Source: an uncultured Chloroflexia bacterium | GTDB taxonomy: Bacteria; Chloroflexota; Limnocylindria; Limnocylindrales; CSP1-4 | Assembly (NCBI GenBank): GCA_963768655.1 | Contig: CAVYIM010000005.1 | Span: 224,001 to 288,000 of the forward strand | DNA: 64,000 bases | Direction of reading: 5' to 3' | Shown here: piece by piece, positions 21,274 to 35,343 of the stretch | How the letters are laid out: each line of letters opens with the position of its first letter | Numbering within the stretch: position 1 is the stretch's first letter | The notes under the pieces: model-generated | Seen by the model: only the letters and a program-made list of their open reading frames with translations | Told to the model about the DNA's origin: nothing | The model's database searches: none | Made by a program: the position numbers and the translations under genes

Positions 21274-21606
21274 ATGCAAGCGCGACGTTCCTTCACTCTT
21301 CGCTTCGAGCACCCGGAAACGCACGACCTGCTCTCGTTCGTCTCAGATCGACTCGGTGTCTCCATGAACCAGCTCGCCGAGCAGATGATCACTGCCGAGC
21401 TGGAAGTGGTGAGTGCGGGCCTCCAGGCTGACCTGATGCACACCCTCGGGATGCTGGATTCGTACCGAGGCGACGCAGAGGCCGAGGCTGATGCCTTCGC
21501 CCGCGCCGAGGCAACGTTCGCGGATCCGATCCACGCCAGAATGGTTGGCGGCGACGACGATCCGTTCGGCATTGCGTCCGCCTTCGAGTCTGGCGCTCGC
21601 GGCTAG
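21274..21606 (+). CDS. RHH/HicB-like putative antitoxin
   Basis: SFTLRF...GVSMNQL ribbon-helix-helix pattern, acidic tail; 3 bp upstream of Fic gene. Confidence 0.65.
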   Translation: MQARRSFTLRFEHPETHDLLSFVSDRLGVSMNQLAEQMITAELEVVSAGLQADLMHTLGMLDSYRGDAEAEADAFARAEATFADPIHARMVGGDDDPFGIASAFESGARG

Positions 21607-21609
21607 ATC

Positions 21610-22248
21610 GTGCCCATACCCTGGAACGCCGACCCGCCGGGCTCCGGCAAGCGGCTGACGGCCAACCTGCGCGCCATCGCGCTGGAGATCAAGCACGACG
21701 CCCCCGAGCGCCTGCCCGCCACCACGACCATGGCTCAGGAGTGGCATCGCCGCGCCTTCGCAGGGATAGCGCTGCCCGTCCCCTACTACGCGGGCGAGTT
21801 CCGCGACACCGACGCGGCCCTCCCAGAGCTGATCGGCTACGAGGTTGAGGTGGGCGGTGTCCGCGGTGTTTCGTCCGCGGATGTGCCCGCGGCGCTGCTC
21901 GCCTTCGAGTCGGGGATGCGCGCCGCCCTTGCGGCGCTGGACCCGGTGATCGCCGCCGGGGCCAAGCCGGCTACGGTTGCGGAGCTGGAGGCCGCCCTCC
22001 GGATCGCAGCCATCGCCCACGGCGAGTGGACCCGGATCCATCCCTTCGCCAACGGCAACGGCCGAATCGCTCGGCTTTGGGCCAACTGGGTCGCCGCCCG
22101 CTACGGCCTGCCGCTCTTTGTTCGGTTGCGCCCGCGTCCGGCCGCCAGTCTCTACGCCGGAGCCGCGGCTATCTCGATGCGCGGCGACCACGCGCCAATG
22201 GTCGCGGTTCTGCACGAGATGCTGCGGTCGTACCTCGGCGAGAGCTGA
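21610..22248 (+). CDS. Fic/Doc family protein
   Basis: HPFANGNGRIAR catalytic motif. Confidence 0.92.
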   Translation: MPIPWNADPPGSGKRLTANLRAIALEIKHDAPERLPATTTMAQEWHRRAFAGIALPVPYYAGEFRDTDAALPELIGYEVEVGGVRGVSSADVPAALLAFESGMRAALAALDPVIAAGAKPATVAELEAALRIAAIAHGEWTRIHPFANGNGRIARLWANWVAARYGLPLFVRLRPRPAASLYAGAAAISMRGDHAPMVAVLHEMLRSYLGES

Positions 22249-22265
22249 CGGGCGAAGGCGTCGAT

Positions 22266-22367
22266 GTCGATCAGGTCGGCCGCCACGAGCCGCAACCGCT
22301 GCTCCGAACCGCAGCGACGGCGGCCAGCTGGGCCCACTTCGATTTCGAGGCCTTCCTTGCGTTCGAC
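22266..22367 (-). repeat. hsdR-derived fragment C
   Basis: ~100 bp similar to hsdR 24907-25005 ([26 protein letters not shown]), with substitutions and small indels. Confidence 0.85.
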
Positions 22368-22432
22368 GTAGCTGTACTTCGCGCTCCAGCGCTCAACGTC
22401 CGCAATGGGGAACCGGAGACCGAAAGGAGTCC

Positions 22433-23149
22433 TCACTTGGCCTCCAGGGACCAGTCGATTTCCGGCCGCTTTCGCCTGACCAGCTCACGATTGGCAGTGC
22501 TAAACGGCTTGCTGCCCGAAAACCCGCGCCACGCGGAGAGGGGCGACGGATGCGGGCCTTCGACTACTACATGTCGGGCTCGATCGATCATGCGACCCTT
22601 GGACCTCGCGGGATCGCCCCAGAGGAGGAATGCGATGGGCTCTGGCTTGGCCGCCACCGCGTCCACGACGGCGCTTGTGAATTGCTCCCACCCATGCCCG
22701 GCGTGGCTGCCCGCCCTGCCTCGTTGGACGGTCAGCACCGTGTTCAGAAGCAGGACGCCGTGCTGGGCCCAGGGCTCGAGAGATCCGCTTTCCGGCATTT
22801 TGAACCCGCAGTCGGACTCCAGCTCCTTGAGGATGTTGTTCAGCGATGGTGGTCGCTTCCTACTGAGGGTCGAGAAGGCAAGTCCGTGCGCCTGCCCCGG
22901 CTCGTGATAGGGATCCTGGCCGAGGATGACCGCCCGCACCTTGGCAAAGGGCGTCAGTCGGAGGGCTTCGAACTCCTTGCCGGCCGGCGGGTAGACATCG
23001 TGGTGCCGCCGCTCCTCGGCGACGAAGCGGTCGAGGGCGGCGAGCTCCAGGGCGGCAACGCGAGGGCCCAAGGCGCTGAGACAGTCGGGTGGGGTTGACT
23101 CAATCAACGCACGCTCTCCTTCATCGCAAGCCGTGCATCGCCAGCGCAA
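22433..23149 (-). CDS. ung: family-1 uracil-DNA glycosylase
   Basis: ILGQDPYH, QAHGLAFS, GVLLLN, HPSPLSA motifs; true start may be TTG near 23104. Confidence 0.93.
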   Translation of the reverse strand: MRWRCTACDEGERALIESTPPDCLSALGPRVAALELAALDRFVAEERRHHDVYPPAGKEFEALRLTPFAKVRAVILGQDPYHEPGQAHGLAFSTLSRKRPPSLNNILKELESDCGFKMPESGSLEPWAQHGVLLLNTVLTVQRGRAGSHAGHGWEQFTSAVVDAVAAKPEPIAFLLWGDPARSKGRMIDRARHVVVEGPHPSPLSAWRGFSGSKPFSTANRELVRRKRPEIDWSLEAK

Positions 23150-23411
23150 CCAGCACCCAGAAGATCAAAGTGACGATGGCGCCTGCCAGCGCGAGCCCGA
23201 GGCCCCAGCCCAATCCTTGGACAAAGTGGTATTGGAACCCCGGAAGCGTCGAGCGCCGACCCGGTCGCGGTAGAGCTCCTGCGAATGCGGCCCCGCAACC
23301 CGCGCAGTAGAGATCGTCGGTGGCGACACGCCGCCCGCAGTTGGCGCAGATCTTGACGTCGCCAGCCGCTGCTCCGCTCGGATCAGCCTGGGTCCTCGAG
23401 TACTGGCTCAT
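23121..23411 (-). CDS. zinc-ribbon membrane protein
   Basis: CANCG...YCAGCG plus C-terminal TM helix; GGAGG RBS. Confidence 0.7.
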   Translation of the reverse strand: MSQYSRTQADPSGAAAGDVKICANCGRRVATDDLYCAGCGAAFAGALPRPGRRSTLPGFQYHFVQGLGWGLGLALAGAIVTLIFWVLVALAMHGLR

Positions 23412-23441
23412 CTTGGCCTCCACGTTACGCATTGGCGTGAG

Positions 23442-26592
<3,151 letters not shown>

Positions 26593-26596
<4 letters not shown>

Positions 26597-28015
26597 CGAG
26601 GATTTCAGCGTCTGTGTGGGAGAACACACGACGACCATCTTGGAACCTCGCGTCATGGCCACGTAGAGATTCTTGGAGTCATGGCGGATACCGTCGAGGA
26701 TAACTACTACCTCGGCCTCGAGGCCTTTCAGAAGGAGCGTGCTACCGACGGCCCTCGACGGCAACGCTCTACCTGTCGCTCTATACCTCTCGCGCTCACG
26801 CATCGCTTGATCGGCGAATGTTCCGTTTCCCGCTCCGCAGGCACGAAGTGCCGCCAGGCAGGCTCGCAAGACCAGTGGTCGATGCACGCCCACTCCTGGC
26901 TGGACTCGGATGGTGTCCAGCAAAGAAGCCGCTCGAGCATGAGAAGGCGCTTCAAGGAACGCCAGCCCGGCGCTCTCAACTGCGCCAGCAGGCGTTCGTG
27001 CGGTACCAGCAGCAAGAGTTCTCAATCGTGCTAGGAGCCGCGGGACGTCGGTGTTCGTCATCAGTCGCTGCCCGTAAGCCAGGAGCTCCTGGATTGAGTC
27101 CGCTGATGCGACGTCGAAGCCCTCGGCGAACTGGACAAAGTCCCTGAGATCGACCGCCTCGACCATGACTGCGCCTGGCGTCTGGCTAGCGAAGAGACGT
27201 TGGCCCTCCGGATTCGAGCTATCCCCAATGACAAGTACCGACCCCGTGCCCCCCGGAGCTCGCGTCAGAGCTGCGGCGTGTCGCTTCTGTTGATCAGTGG
27301 TTCCGTCGAGCTCAACCCAACGGACCTCATCGGGCGCGCCACCGAGGTCAATGGGTTGCCCCGACTGGAGATCGTTTCGGGCGGAGAGAAGCCATCGACC
27401 AAGCCCTTCTGTTCCCGCATTGATCCACCTCCACGGAGTGTCGAGGGTCCCGGCGATTGGAAACGACCGACAGACTTCGGCGTTCCAGTCTGGCAACTGA
27501 TCGGCGCCAAATCCGAATATCGCCTGCATCGGATCTCCCAGGACGCAGGTCGGCAACGCTTCCGAAACCAGCTTCAGCAATTGGTGCTGCCGAAGCGAGC
27601 AGTCTTGGTACTCGTCGACAATCAGCCGTGCGTAGGTTGCCTCGACGATGTCCTGCAGGCTCCGATCGGCGAGCAGGTGCGATGCAGCCTCGCGGATCTT
27701 CGGGTAGTCCCCGCGGTGATCATCTAGTCGGAGCACGGCCGGATCGATCGAGCTCCTGACCGGAAAGGTAGAGGCTAGCCTCATCGCCCAGCCATCCACG
27801 GTTGCGAGGACATAGGACGAGGGCGCCACCCTCGCTCGGCCAAGTCGTGCGCGGAGCGCCGCAACTCCCGCATTCGTGTGGGTAATCACGAGCACGGGTT
27901 TCTTCTCGCGGTGGCGCGACAACGCAGCTACAACCTTGTACGTTTTGCCGCAGCCAGCGGGCGCAGTCACGCACCCGCGATCTATGGCCAGGAGATCTAT
28001 GTCGTCATCCGGCAT
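26593..28015 (-). CDS. UvrD-like helicase (GajB-like)
   Basis: [35 protein letters not shown]; start overlaps the upstream OLD nuclease gene; as sequenced it reads through into hsdR. Confidence 0.85.
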
Positions 28016-29735
28016 TCGTAGCCCAATCAAATAGGGCCTCGACGGCGATCTTGAAGGGAGGATCGGAGCCTTCGAGCCCTGGGCCGACAATCTCCCGAGC
28101 GACGTCCTCCATCCTGGTGACGCTCTTGAACCACGGCTTCTCTTTCGATACGGAAGCCTTCCCGAGCGCTACGCGATGTGCCTGCCCAATCGTTCCATCT
28201 CTGCAGATAGCAAGGATCACTTCAGAGTCATAGGCGTTGCTCGAAGCTGACTTGATTTGGTCATCGACGAGCTCCTTGCCCACGAGGTCCACGGCCCGCT
28301 CGGTTAGCTTCTCGACGGCCGCGGCCGGCAGACTCCAGAAGAGTTCCTGCTCGAGGCATCGTCCGTCTCGCCAGGCAACGACCATGCCGCCGGCGCCCGC
28401 GAATGCCGCCTCCGTCGCCGCGTCCGGTTTCTTGTCGTCATCTCGCATGACGGCGGCCGCGTAGCCGAACCCTCGGAACATGGCGGCACGTTCGATGGCT
28501 CGATCTGGGTCCCCACCACCAGAATCCACCAAGCCAACGCCAAGCGCGGATATCGACGTCTTCCCAATCGATACCCGATGCTGGTCTAGGCCACGGACGA
28601 GACCGACCTCACTCGCGCCCTCGCAGACAATGACGGAGTGGGCTAAGAAGGCATCGGGGGCCTTCCGAATTGTCCCCTGGCAGACATCCGAGGCGCCGAC
28701 CGCAACGACCGTGTGCACCGCCCCGGCCTTGCGGGTCACGAACACCTGGGTCCCCGATAGCTCGGCTAGCGCCACCGGGGAGTGCGTGGTCATGAAGACT
28801 TGGAGTGGAGGCTCGGAGGCCTTCGCTCCCAGTGACCCAAGGAGGCGGATGATCCGATGGGGCTCGAGCCCATATTCGAGTTCATCCAGCAGCACCACGC
28901 TGGCACTGGAGGCCGCCCTGCGCTGGAGCCCCGCGACGAGAAGACGAGCCGAGCCAACGCCAAGACCGCGCAGGGGAACGCCGTCTTCGCTATGCAGCGA
29001 GATCACCCCTCCGCTGAATGAAACCGCATGAACGTCGAGCATCGCCTTGACTGCGGCGCCCACGGGAATCCCAAGTTCTTTGGCTGTAGCCGCCACGGCG
29101 GCCAACACCTCGCCAAGCTGGACCGCAGCGCTGTCCCCGAATGTCGCGCGCGCCTCCCGTCCGGCCTTCGCTAGAGCCGAGCTGAGTTCGAGCTTCTCAT
29201 CGGATATCCGCGTCAACACCGACCCGCGACCCCAGCTCAGTTGGTAATCGGCCGCGACTCCAATCCGGGCTGGCGCGATCCTGACTCGATCTGCCCAGGC
29301 GAGATTGCGGGATTGCCCCTGTTCAACGGCTCGATCGGAGACTAACGACCAAACTGGCTCAAGATCGCTTTGGACAGTGAGCCTCACGGTGAGGACCGTC
29401 TCCAGACCATCCCCAGGCTCGTCCTCCATGGCACCGGTCGCTGAGTTGAAGCCCCGCAAGTACGTGCCGTAGCTGTCCAGGTTCCTCAGCCCATCGTCAA
29501 GGTCCCCCAGCGTTGCCGAGATGGTCAGGGGCGCGTCGACCTCAAGTCGGTAGAAGTCTGAGTCGCCGAACTGCAGATTTCGGCGGGCACCCATGCATAG
29601 GTCGATAGCGTCCAGAATCGTCGACTTGCCGCTATCCCCGGGGCCGATGAGGCAGTTGATTCCAGGAGACGGGACCCAGTCGAGGGTCTGGATTCCGCGA
29701 AAGTGCCTGATCTCAAGCTTGCGAATCCTTGCCAT
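28005..29735 (-). CDS. OLD-family ATP-dependent endonuclease (GajA-like, ABC ATPase + TOPRIM)
   Basis: [42 protein letters not shown]. Confidence 0.88.
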   Translation of the reverse strand: MARIRKLEIRHFRGIQTLDWVPSPGINCLIGPGDSGKSTILDAIDLCMGARRNLQFGDSDFYRLEVDAPLTISATLGDLDDGLRNLDSYGTYLRGFNSATGAMEDEPGDGLETVLTVRLTVQSDLEPVWSLVSDRAVEQGQSRNLAWADRVRIAPARIGVAADYQLSWGRGSVLTRISDEKLELSSALAKAGREARATFGDSAAVQLGEVLAAVAATAKELGIPVGAAVKAMLDVHAVSFSGGVISLHSEDGVPLRGLGVGSARLLVAGLQRRAASSASVVLLDELEYGLEPHRIIRLLGSLGAKASEPPLQVFMTTHSPVALAELSGTQVFVTRKAGAVHTVVAVGASDVCQGTIRKAPDAFLAHSVIVCEGASEVGLVRGLDQHRVSIGKTSISALGVGLVDSGGGDPDRAIERAAMFRGFGYAAAVMRDDDKKPDAATEAAFAGAGGMVVAWRDGRCLEQELFWSLPAAAVEKLTERAVDLVGKELVDDQIKSASSNAYDSEVILAICRDGTIGQAHRVALGKASVSKEKPWFKSVTRMEDVAREIVGPGLEGSDPPFKIAVEALFDWATNAG

Positions 29736-29750
29736 TTCGCGCCCCCTAAG

Positions 29751-31052
29751 CTAGCCGATGCGACCTATCGGTTCGCCCGCCAACAGTGACGGCAGCATGG
29801 CATCGCGCAGCCCTTTGAGATCGCGACCCTCATGCTCAATCAATTCCATCTTTGATCTGATTGGGCGGGCAGCAGCCTCGAAACGGGATAGAACGGGGGC
29901 GCTTGGCTCAACGACCCGAAGCCTCGGAATGCTGCGGACATTCAGCGCGTCGAGGATGGTTCCCGCGTCGGTCCTTTGCACGATTTCGTCCCGCATCGAG
30001 TCCGACCTCAGGGCTTCGATAAGGAAAGTAGGCCATGGCTTGTCACTGCGGCATCGAACGGCAGTCATGTTGCGGCCAAGTGCAGCCCGAACGCCGTTCG
30101 GGACTTGCGCGACGGCTCCGACCCGGCCGACGTTGGTTATTACGCAGTCGCCGGGCGATGCCTCAATCCGGGCAGTCCACGCTCGATAATCACTGTCGCT
30201 GATGAAGTACTCATCGGCCATATCGAGGACGCCGTCCTGACGGATGTTGTCGAGCTGAAGCAACGGCCGGCCATTCTCGCGACGCTCAGGCTTCTTCGCA
30301 TGGGAGCAGTCGATCACGTCAGCAATCGAGCCGATCTTTGCGACACGCCAGCCCGTTGGGATCTCGCCTAGCTCCGAGTCTTCGAACGAGCTCGGGAAGA
30401 GATTGGCCACTTGACTGGCCAAGCCTGGATCGCGGCCTTCGGATTTGGCGCGGACGGGGTCGAAGTCGATGAACCAGGACTTGAAGAGCGCGCGGGCCGT
30501 CAACTCGAGTGTCTGGCTCATGCGGCGGCTCAGATCGATCTTGTCGTCTAGGGCGCCGAGCGCCGCGGCGATGCGCTCTTGCTCTGCGAGCGGAGGCAGT
30601 GGGATGGGCAGCTCGCGCAGCACTCCCAAGTTGATCTTCTGGGTCACGCTGCCTTGCAAGCGGGCGGTCAGCCATTGCACCGCCACCGGGGATTTGAGGA
30701 AGTAGTCCACGTATCTGTGGTCGACTGAGTCACCGAGCGGAATGACACCGACGTCTCGCGAGACGTTCGCCCCGGCCAGTTCAGGCGGCACGATCGCCGT
30801 GTGTCCTGGTTCGGCTATGAGATTCACCAGAAGCTCTCCGCCTCGGAGAATGGTGCGCCGGAACTCGAGGCTGACCGCTTCGGTGACGCGCTTGTTACCG
30901 TCGAACACGATCCTGCCGTTTCGGATGTCACCGCCGCGGATCACCGGAATGCCGCCGGGAATGAAGTCGCCGACCTTCACGATCCCGTAGGTGATGCCTC
31001 GCTCCTGGTCGCATAGGTCGCCCAGGGGTCTCAGCGGCCACTCACTCCCCAT
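29751..31052 (-). CDS. hsdS: type I R-M specificity subunit
   Basis: Two TRDs, [10 protein letters not shown] and [13 protein letters not shown] conserved regions. Confidence 0.93.
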   Translation of the reverse strand: MGSEWPLRPLGDLCDQERGITYGIVKVGDFIPGGIPVIRGGDIRNGRIVFDGNKRVTEAVSLEFRRTILRGGELLVNLIAEPGHTAIVPPELAGANVSRDVGVIPLGDSVDHRYVDYFLKSPVAVQWLTARLQGSVTQKINLGVLRELPIPLPPLAEQERIAAALGALDDKIDLSRRMSQTLELTARALFKSWFIDFDPVRAKSEGRDPGLASQVANLFPSSFEDSELGEIPTGWRVAKIGSIADVIDCSHAKKPERRENGRPLLQLDNIRQDGVLDMADEYFISDSDYRAWTARIEASPGDCVITNVGRVGAVAQVPNGVRAALGRNMTAVRCRSDKPWPTFLIEALRSDSMRDEIVQRTDAGTILDALNVRSIPRLRVVEPSAPVLSRFEAAARPIRSKMELIEHEGRDLKGLRDAMLPSLLAGEPIGRIG

Positions 31053-32639
31053 ACCCGAGCTCCCGCAAGTTGGCATTGATCAGCTCGTCGAGGCGCGCCG
31101 CTTCGGCTTGCTGCTCGCGGAGGGTGGCGACCAGGCGGCGCATCTTGTCGTCGAAGGGTTCGGCGTCCTCTTCGGCCGCCTCGGCGCCGACGTATCGGCC
31201 GGGGGTTAGGACGTGGCCGTGGCCGCGGATCTCGTCGAGTTTGGCGGATTTGCAGAAGCCGGCGACGTCAGCGTATTCGGCCGCGTCGGGATCGCCGCGC
31301 CAGGCGTGGTAGGTGCCGGCGACCCTGGCAATGTCGATGTCGGTCAGGTCGCGGTGGGTTCGATCGGTCATCGAGCCGAGCTTTCGGGCGTCGATGAAGA
31401 GCGTCTCGCCCCGCCGGTCGCGGAAGCCGCTGTTGCGTTTGTCGCGAGCGAGGAACCAGAGGCAGACCGGGATCTGGGTCGAGTAGAAGAGCTGGCCGGG
31501 CAGGGCGACCATGGCGTCGACCAGGTCGGCCTCGACGATCGACTTTCGGATCTCGCCTTCGCCCGACTGGTTGGTGCTCATCGAGCCGTTCGCGAGCACA
31601 AAGCCGGCGATGCCGGTGGGCGCCAGATGGCTGGATGAAGTGCTGGACCCAGGCGAAGTTGGCGTTGCCCGCGGGCGGCGTGCCGTAGACCCAGCGCTTG
31701 TCGTTGCGCAGCAGCTCGCCGCGCCAGTCGCTGTCGTTGAAGGGCGGATTGGCCAGGACGTAGTCCGCCTTGAGGTCCGGGAAGGCGTCGGCGTGGAAGC
31801 TGTCGCCCTGGGCGATGTTGGCGCCGATGCCGCGGATGGCGAGGTTCATGTTGGCCAGGCGCCAGGTCGTGTAGTTGGACTCCTGGCCGTAGATGCTGAT
31901 GTCGCCGACGCGGCCGCGGTGCTCCTCGATGAAGCGCTCGCTGGACACGAACATGCCGCCCGAACCGCAGCAGGGGTCGTAGACGCGGCCCCGATACGGC
32001 GCCAGCATCTCGACGAGCACGCGGACGACGTGGCGGGGCGTGTAGAACTGGCCGCCCTTCTTGCCCTCCGCGCTGGCGAACTGGGCCAGGAAGTACTCAT
32101 AGACGCGGCCGAGGATGTCGCGGGCGCGATCCGCCGGACTGCCGAGGCCGATGTCGGACACGAGGTTGATGAGCTGGGCTAGGCGCGCCTTGTCGAGGCC
32201 GGGGCGGGCGAAGTCTTTGGGAAGGACGCCCTTGAGGGCCGGGTTCTCGCGCTCGATGGCGTCCATGGCGTCGTCGACCGTGCGCCCAATCGTCGGCTGG
32301 GGCGCTTGGGCCTTGAGGTGGCTCCAGCGGGCCTCGCGCGGGACCCAGAAGATGCTTTGCGGCCTTGTACTCGTCGGGGTCCTCGGGGTCGGCGCCTTCG
32401 GCTCGGGCGGCCGCGGCGGCCAGGTCTTCGTGCTTGGCCTCGAACGCGTCGCTGATGTACTTGAGGAAGATGAGCCCGAGAACGATGTGCTTGTACTCGG
32501 CGGCGTCCATGTTGTTGCGCAGGGCGTCGGCCGCCTGCCAGAGCTTGGCTTCGAGGCCGGCCGTGGCGGAGGCGTCGGCGTCCGTCACAGTGGGCCGCCC
32601 GCCAGAGGCGCGGCCAGTTCGGGCTCCGCGAGGACTCAC
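31042..32639 (-). CDS. hsdM: type I R-M m6A methyltransferase (apparent +1 frameshifts near 32355 and 31630)
   Basis: [28 protein letters not shown] motifs. Confidence 0.93.
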
Positions 32640-32811
32640 TGTTCACCCACTTCGGACGCTGACGGTGCGCCGATCCCCACATCCGCCGCCACGGCGGCGC
32701 GGTACAACCGGACTTGTCCAGCCTACTCCGCGCGGCGCCTCCGGTGGTTGCGAATTTGTGGTCAACGCCCGGGTAAGTGCGAGGTAAGCGCTGCTCGCTA
32801 CCGTCCGCGGC

Positions 32812-33095
32812 GTGGTTCGATACCAATGGGACAGGAAGAAGGAGCGCGTCAACCTTGCGAAGCACGGCGTTAGCTTCCAGGAGGCGCAGGCCGCCCTTGA
32901 GGACCCAGGCCGTATCACGCGCCTCGGTATTGACCATGCGGACATCGAGGAGCGCTTTCTTACCGTTGGCGTTGGCTTTCGTGCGCGGCTCATTGCGGTG
33001 GTGACCGCAGAGCCGCCCAGGGTAGTATCCGCATCATCTCCGCACGGCGCGCCACGAAGCGCGAACGGCATGCGTACGAAACCGGCTCGTTCTGA
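32812..33095 (+). CDS. BrnT-family toxin (apparent frameshift near 33020)
   Basis: WDRKKERVNLAKHGVSF...EERF; IRIISARRATKRER in the adjacent frame. Confidence 0.82.
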
Positions 33096-33531
33096 GGTAG
33101 AGCGCATTCGCGCCTTCCACCAGAAGCTCGACCAGCCATCAATCGTGGAGATAGACGACGCGACCGCCTACTGGCTGGAAGACGCAAATGGCCGACGGAT
33201 CGGCGAGCAGTCCCCCACCAGCGAGGTGCCTCTATTGGCCGCCCTGGCGGAAGTCCAGCGAGGTGTGGACCCCATTGAACTCAGTCTGGTCTGCGACGCT
33301 CCAGATGACGGCGCCCCTGACCAGGGCCGATACGTCATCAGCTCCGGCATTGGCCTCCTTTGGATGGCCGAGTCGGCTGCCGGGCTTCCGCCGCGGCCGC
33401 GTGGGCCTGCCGCCGGGGAACCATCGGGCCGCAGCGGCGACCGCTCGCTCGCGCGCCCCGTCGCGAGGAAGGCGGCCTCGGCGCCAATGGCGTCGCCGGG
33501 CTCAGCTTCGAGGCGTCGCCGGGATCGGTGA
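33070..33531 (+). CDS. hypothetical protein in the antitoxin position after brnT
   Basis: ATG 33070 overlaps the BrnT 3' end; acidic product, no BrnA motif seen. Confidence 0.55.
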   Translation: MRTKPARSEVERIRAFHQKLDQPSIVEIDDATAYWLEDANGRRIGEQSPTSEVPLLAALAEVQRGVDPIELSLVCDAPDDGAPDQGRYVISSGIGLLWMAESAAGLPPRPRGPAAGEPSGRSGDRSLARPVARKAASAPMASPGSASRRRRDR

Positions 33532-33793
33532 AGCTGGCCCGGGTCGCAGAGCTGCCGTTCCCTGTGGTCCCGGCGCTTCGAATCCGTGCGTCCCCCGGAG
33601 GCTGCGGCTGGCGCGCAGGTGGGCCGTCCATCGGCGGTCTGCCGTCCTCTCGTCCGAAGGTGAGGTCGTTCGCCCGGCCCAGTCGGACTCCGGCAGTCGG
33701 CGATCTCGCGAATGAGAGGGGAAGCTTGGTGTCGACGAAAGATCCAATCGTTCGCAGCCGGGAGCAACCCATTGCTCGCCCAAGAGGGCGCCG

Positions 33794-34906
33794 TCAATTG
33801 CCATCGCTGCGGCCCCACTCCAGGCCCAGTGATTCGATCCGGCTGATCAGTCTGGCTACGTCAGTCGCGCCCGCTGCTGGCAGGGCGTCCCGCAGGATCG
33901 TCGTCGCCTGCTCGACCGACACCCGGCCAGAGGGATCGCCGACATGCAGAACCAGCCCATCCAGGCCGGCCATTTCGGCCGCCAGGAGCTGGAGCAGCGT
34001 CATCATCACGCGGTTGCCGCCGAAGGCGCCGCAGCCCCAGAAGCCGGAGTGGACGATCACGCGGGCAGTGGCGCCGGCGACGCGGCGCGACTCCAGGACC
34101 GCGGCGCGGAAGCCGGAATAGGCCGTGGAGAGGGCGAGCACGATCTCTTCCCTCCGATACCGGCCGTAGCCGCCGATGGGGGCGGCGATCGCGATGATGT
34201 TCGAGATCGTCGGTGGATCGATGGGGACGGTCGCCTGCCGGACGACTTCGGGAGCGGCCACCGCGAAGGCGAGGCCGTAGAGCCAGCTCGGGCCGCCGCG
34301 TTCGGCGCGACGGTCGGTCTGGATGCGGACCCGGCGTTCGGCGCCCATCACCAGCGCGGGCGTGGGGCGGCCCCGTTCGACGGTGCGCGCGGAGCTGCCC
34401 GCGGCGACGAGCGCCTCGCGCAGGCACGCGAGGACCGGATGCTCGGCGACCTGCATCTCGTCCTGGGCTAAGAGCGGGGAGCCGTAGGCCCAGAAGAGAT
34501 TGGGGTCGGCGAAGTTGAGGTGCCATTCGACTGCGGGTTGGGCTTCGACTGCGGGCGCGGGTTCGGCGCCGCCGGGCGCGGGCACGGGCGCGGGCGCGGC
34601 AGCGGCACCGGCCGGGCGCGGCACGGCCGGCGCGGGCGCGGCAGCGGCCGCCGGCTCGTAGTCGAAGAAGCCGTCACGAACCTGCAGCAGCCTCGCGGCG
34701 GCGCTGGGCTTGGCTGTGGCCGGCAGCGGCATCTCGGCCCAGCGGCTGTACGAGACGTGGCCGGCGACCGTGCCATCCGGGCAAGCGATCCGGTACACGA
34801 CCTGCTTGTTCTCGTTGCGCAGAACCGGCGGGTGCCGCCTCATCAGCATGAACGCGTCGTAATGTCGGCGCTCGAGCGGGACCGGGGACGGTTCCGGCGA
34901 CGTCAT
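33794..34906 (-). CDS. PARG-like (poly-ADP-ribose glycohydrolase) macrodomain protein
   Basis: NFAD...AQDEMQ (cf. DFAN...QEE), SGFWGCGAFGGN, LQLLAA. Confidence 0.75.
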   Translation of the reverse strand: MTSPEPSPVPLERRHYDAFMLMRRHPPVLRNENKQVVYRIACPDGTVAGHVSYSRWAEMPLPATAKPSAAARLLQVRDGFFDYEPAAAAAPAPAVPRPAGAAAAPAPVPAPGGAEPAPAVEAQPAVEWHLNFADPNLFWAYGSPLLAQDEMQVAEHPVLACLREALVAAGSSARTVERGRPTPALVMGAERRVRIQTDRRAERGGPSWLYGLAFAVAAPEVVRQATVPIDPPTISNIIAIAAPIGGYGRYRREEIVLALSTAYSGFRAAVLESRRVAGATARVIVHSGFWGCGAFGGNRVMMTLLQLLAAEMAGLDGLVLHVGDPSGRVSVEQATTILRDALPAAGATDVARLISRIESLGLEWGRSDGN

Positions 34907-35154
34907 TCGTTGCCCACCATCGTTTCGAAGTTCTTGGTGCGGTTGCAGTCGCCGCAGATGTCTCTGCCCGGGCCCTCTCCGTTGATCTCGTCCTCGAAAT
35001 CGAAGCCCAGCAGGGCGCCGCAGATGCAGCAGAAATGGAGCGCGTCCGCGTCGAGCCCGAGGTCGGCGTCGGGCGCGGCGTCGGGCAGGCCGCGTGCGGT
35101 CGATTGCGGCGCCGTCTGCGCCTTCGCCGTCTGACGTTTCCTACCCCAGCCCAT
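34903..35154 (-). CDS. small zinc-finger protein
   Basis: CCICG...ICGDC; ATGA overlap with the PARG-like gene. Confidence 0.6.
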   Translation of the reverse strand: MGWGRKRQTAKAQTAPQSTARGLPDAAPDADLGLDADALHFCCICGALLGFDFEDEINGEGPGRDICGDCNRTKNFETMVGNE

Positions 35155-35343
35155 GCCACCCATGGTGGCAGACTGCGCCCGCCCCGTGTCAGCTTGCCTG
35201 TCACGTGTCAAGGTGGGCGGTGCGCGCCGGCGACGGGTTGTTCGGGATCGTCGGCCGCGGCATGCCCAGGTAATCGCCGACGAAGAGACGCCGGCCATCC
35301 TTCCTCAGTGCAACGACGCAGGTTGTTGCCCTTGGAGGAGCGG

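Noticed and set aside
29751-31052. Phase-variable (invertible) hsdS
   Set aside because: Single hsdS, with no extra TRDs, flanking inverted repeats or adjacent recombinase seen.
35262-35305. Possible fourth hsdR fragment (GDYLGM vs VDYLGL)
   Set aside because: Similarity too short and weak to support without alignment statistics.
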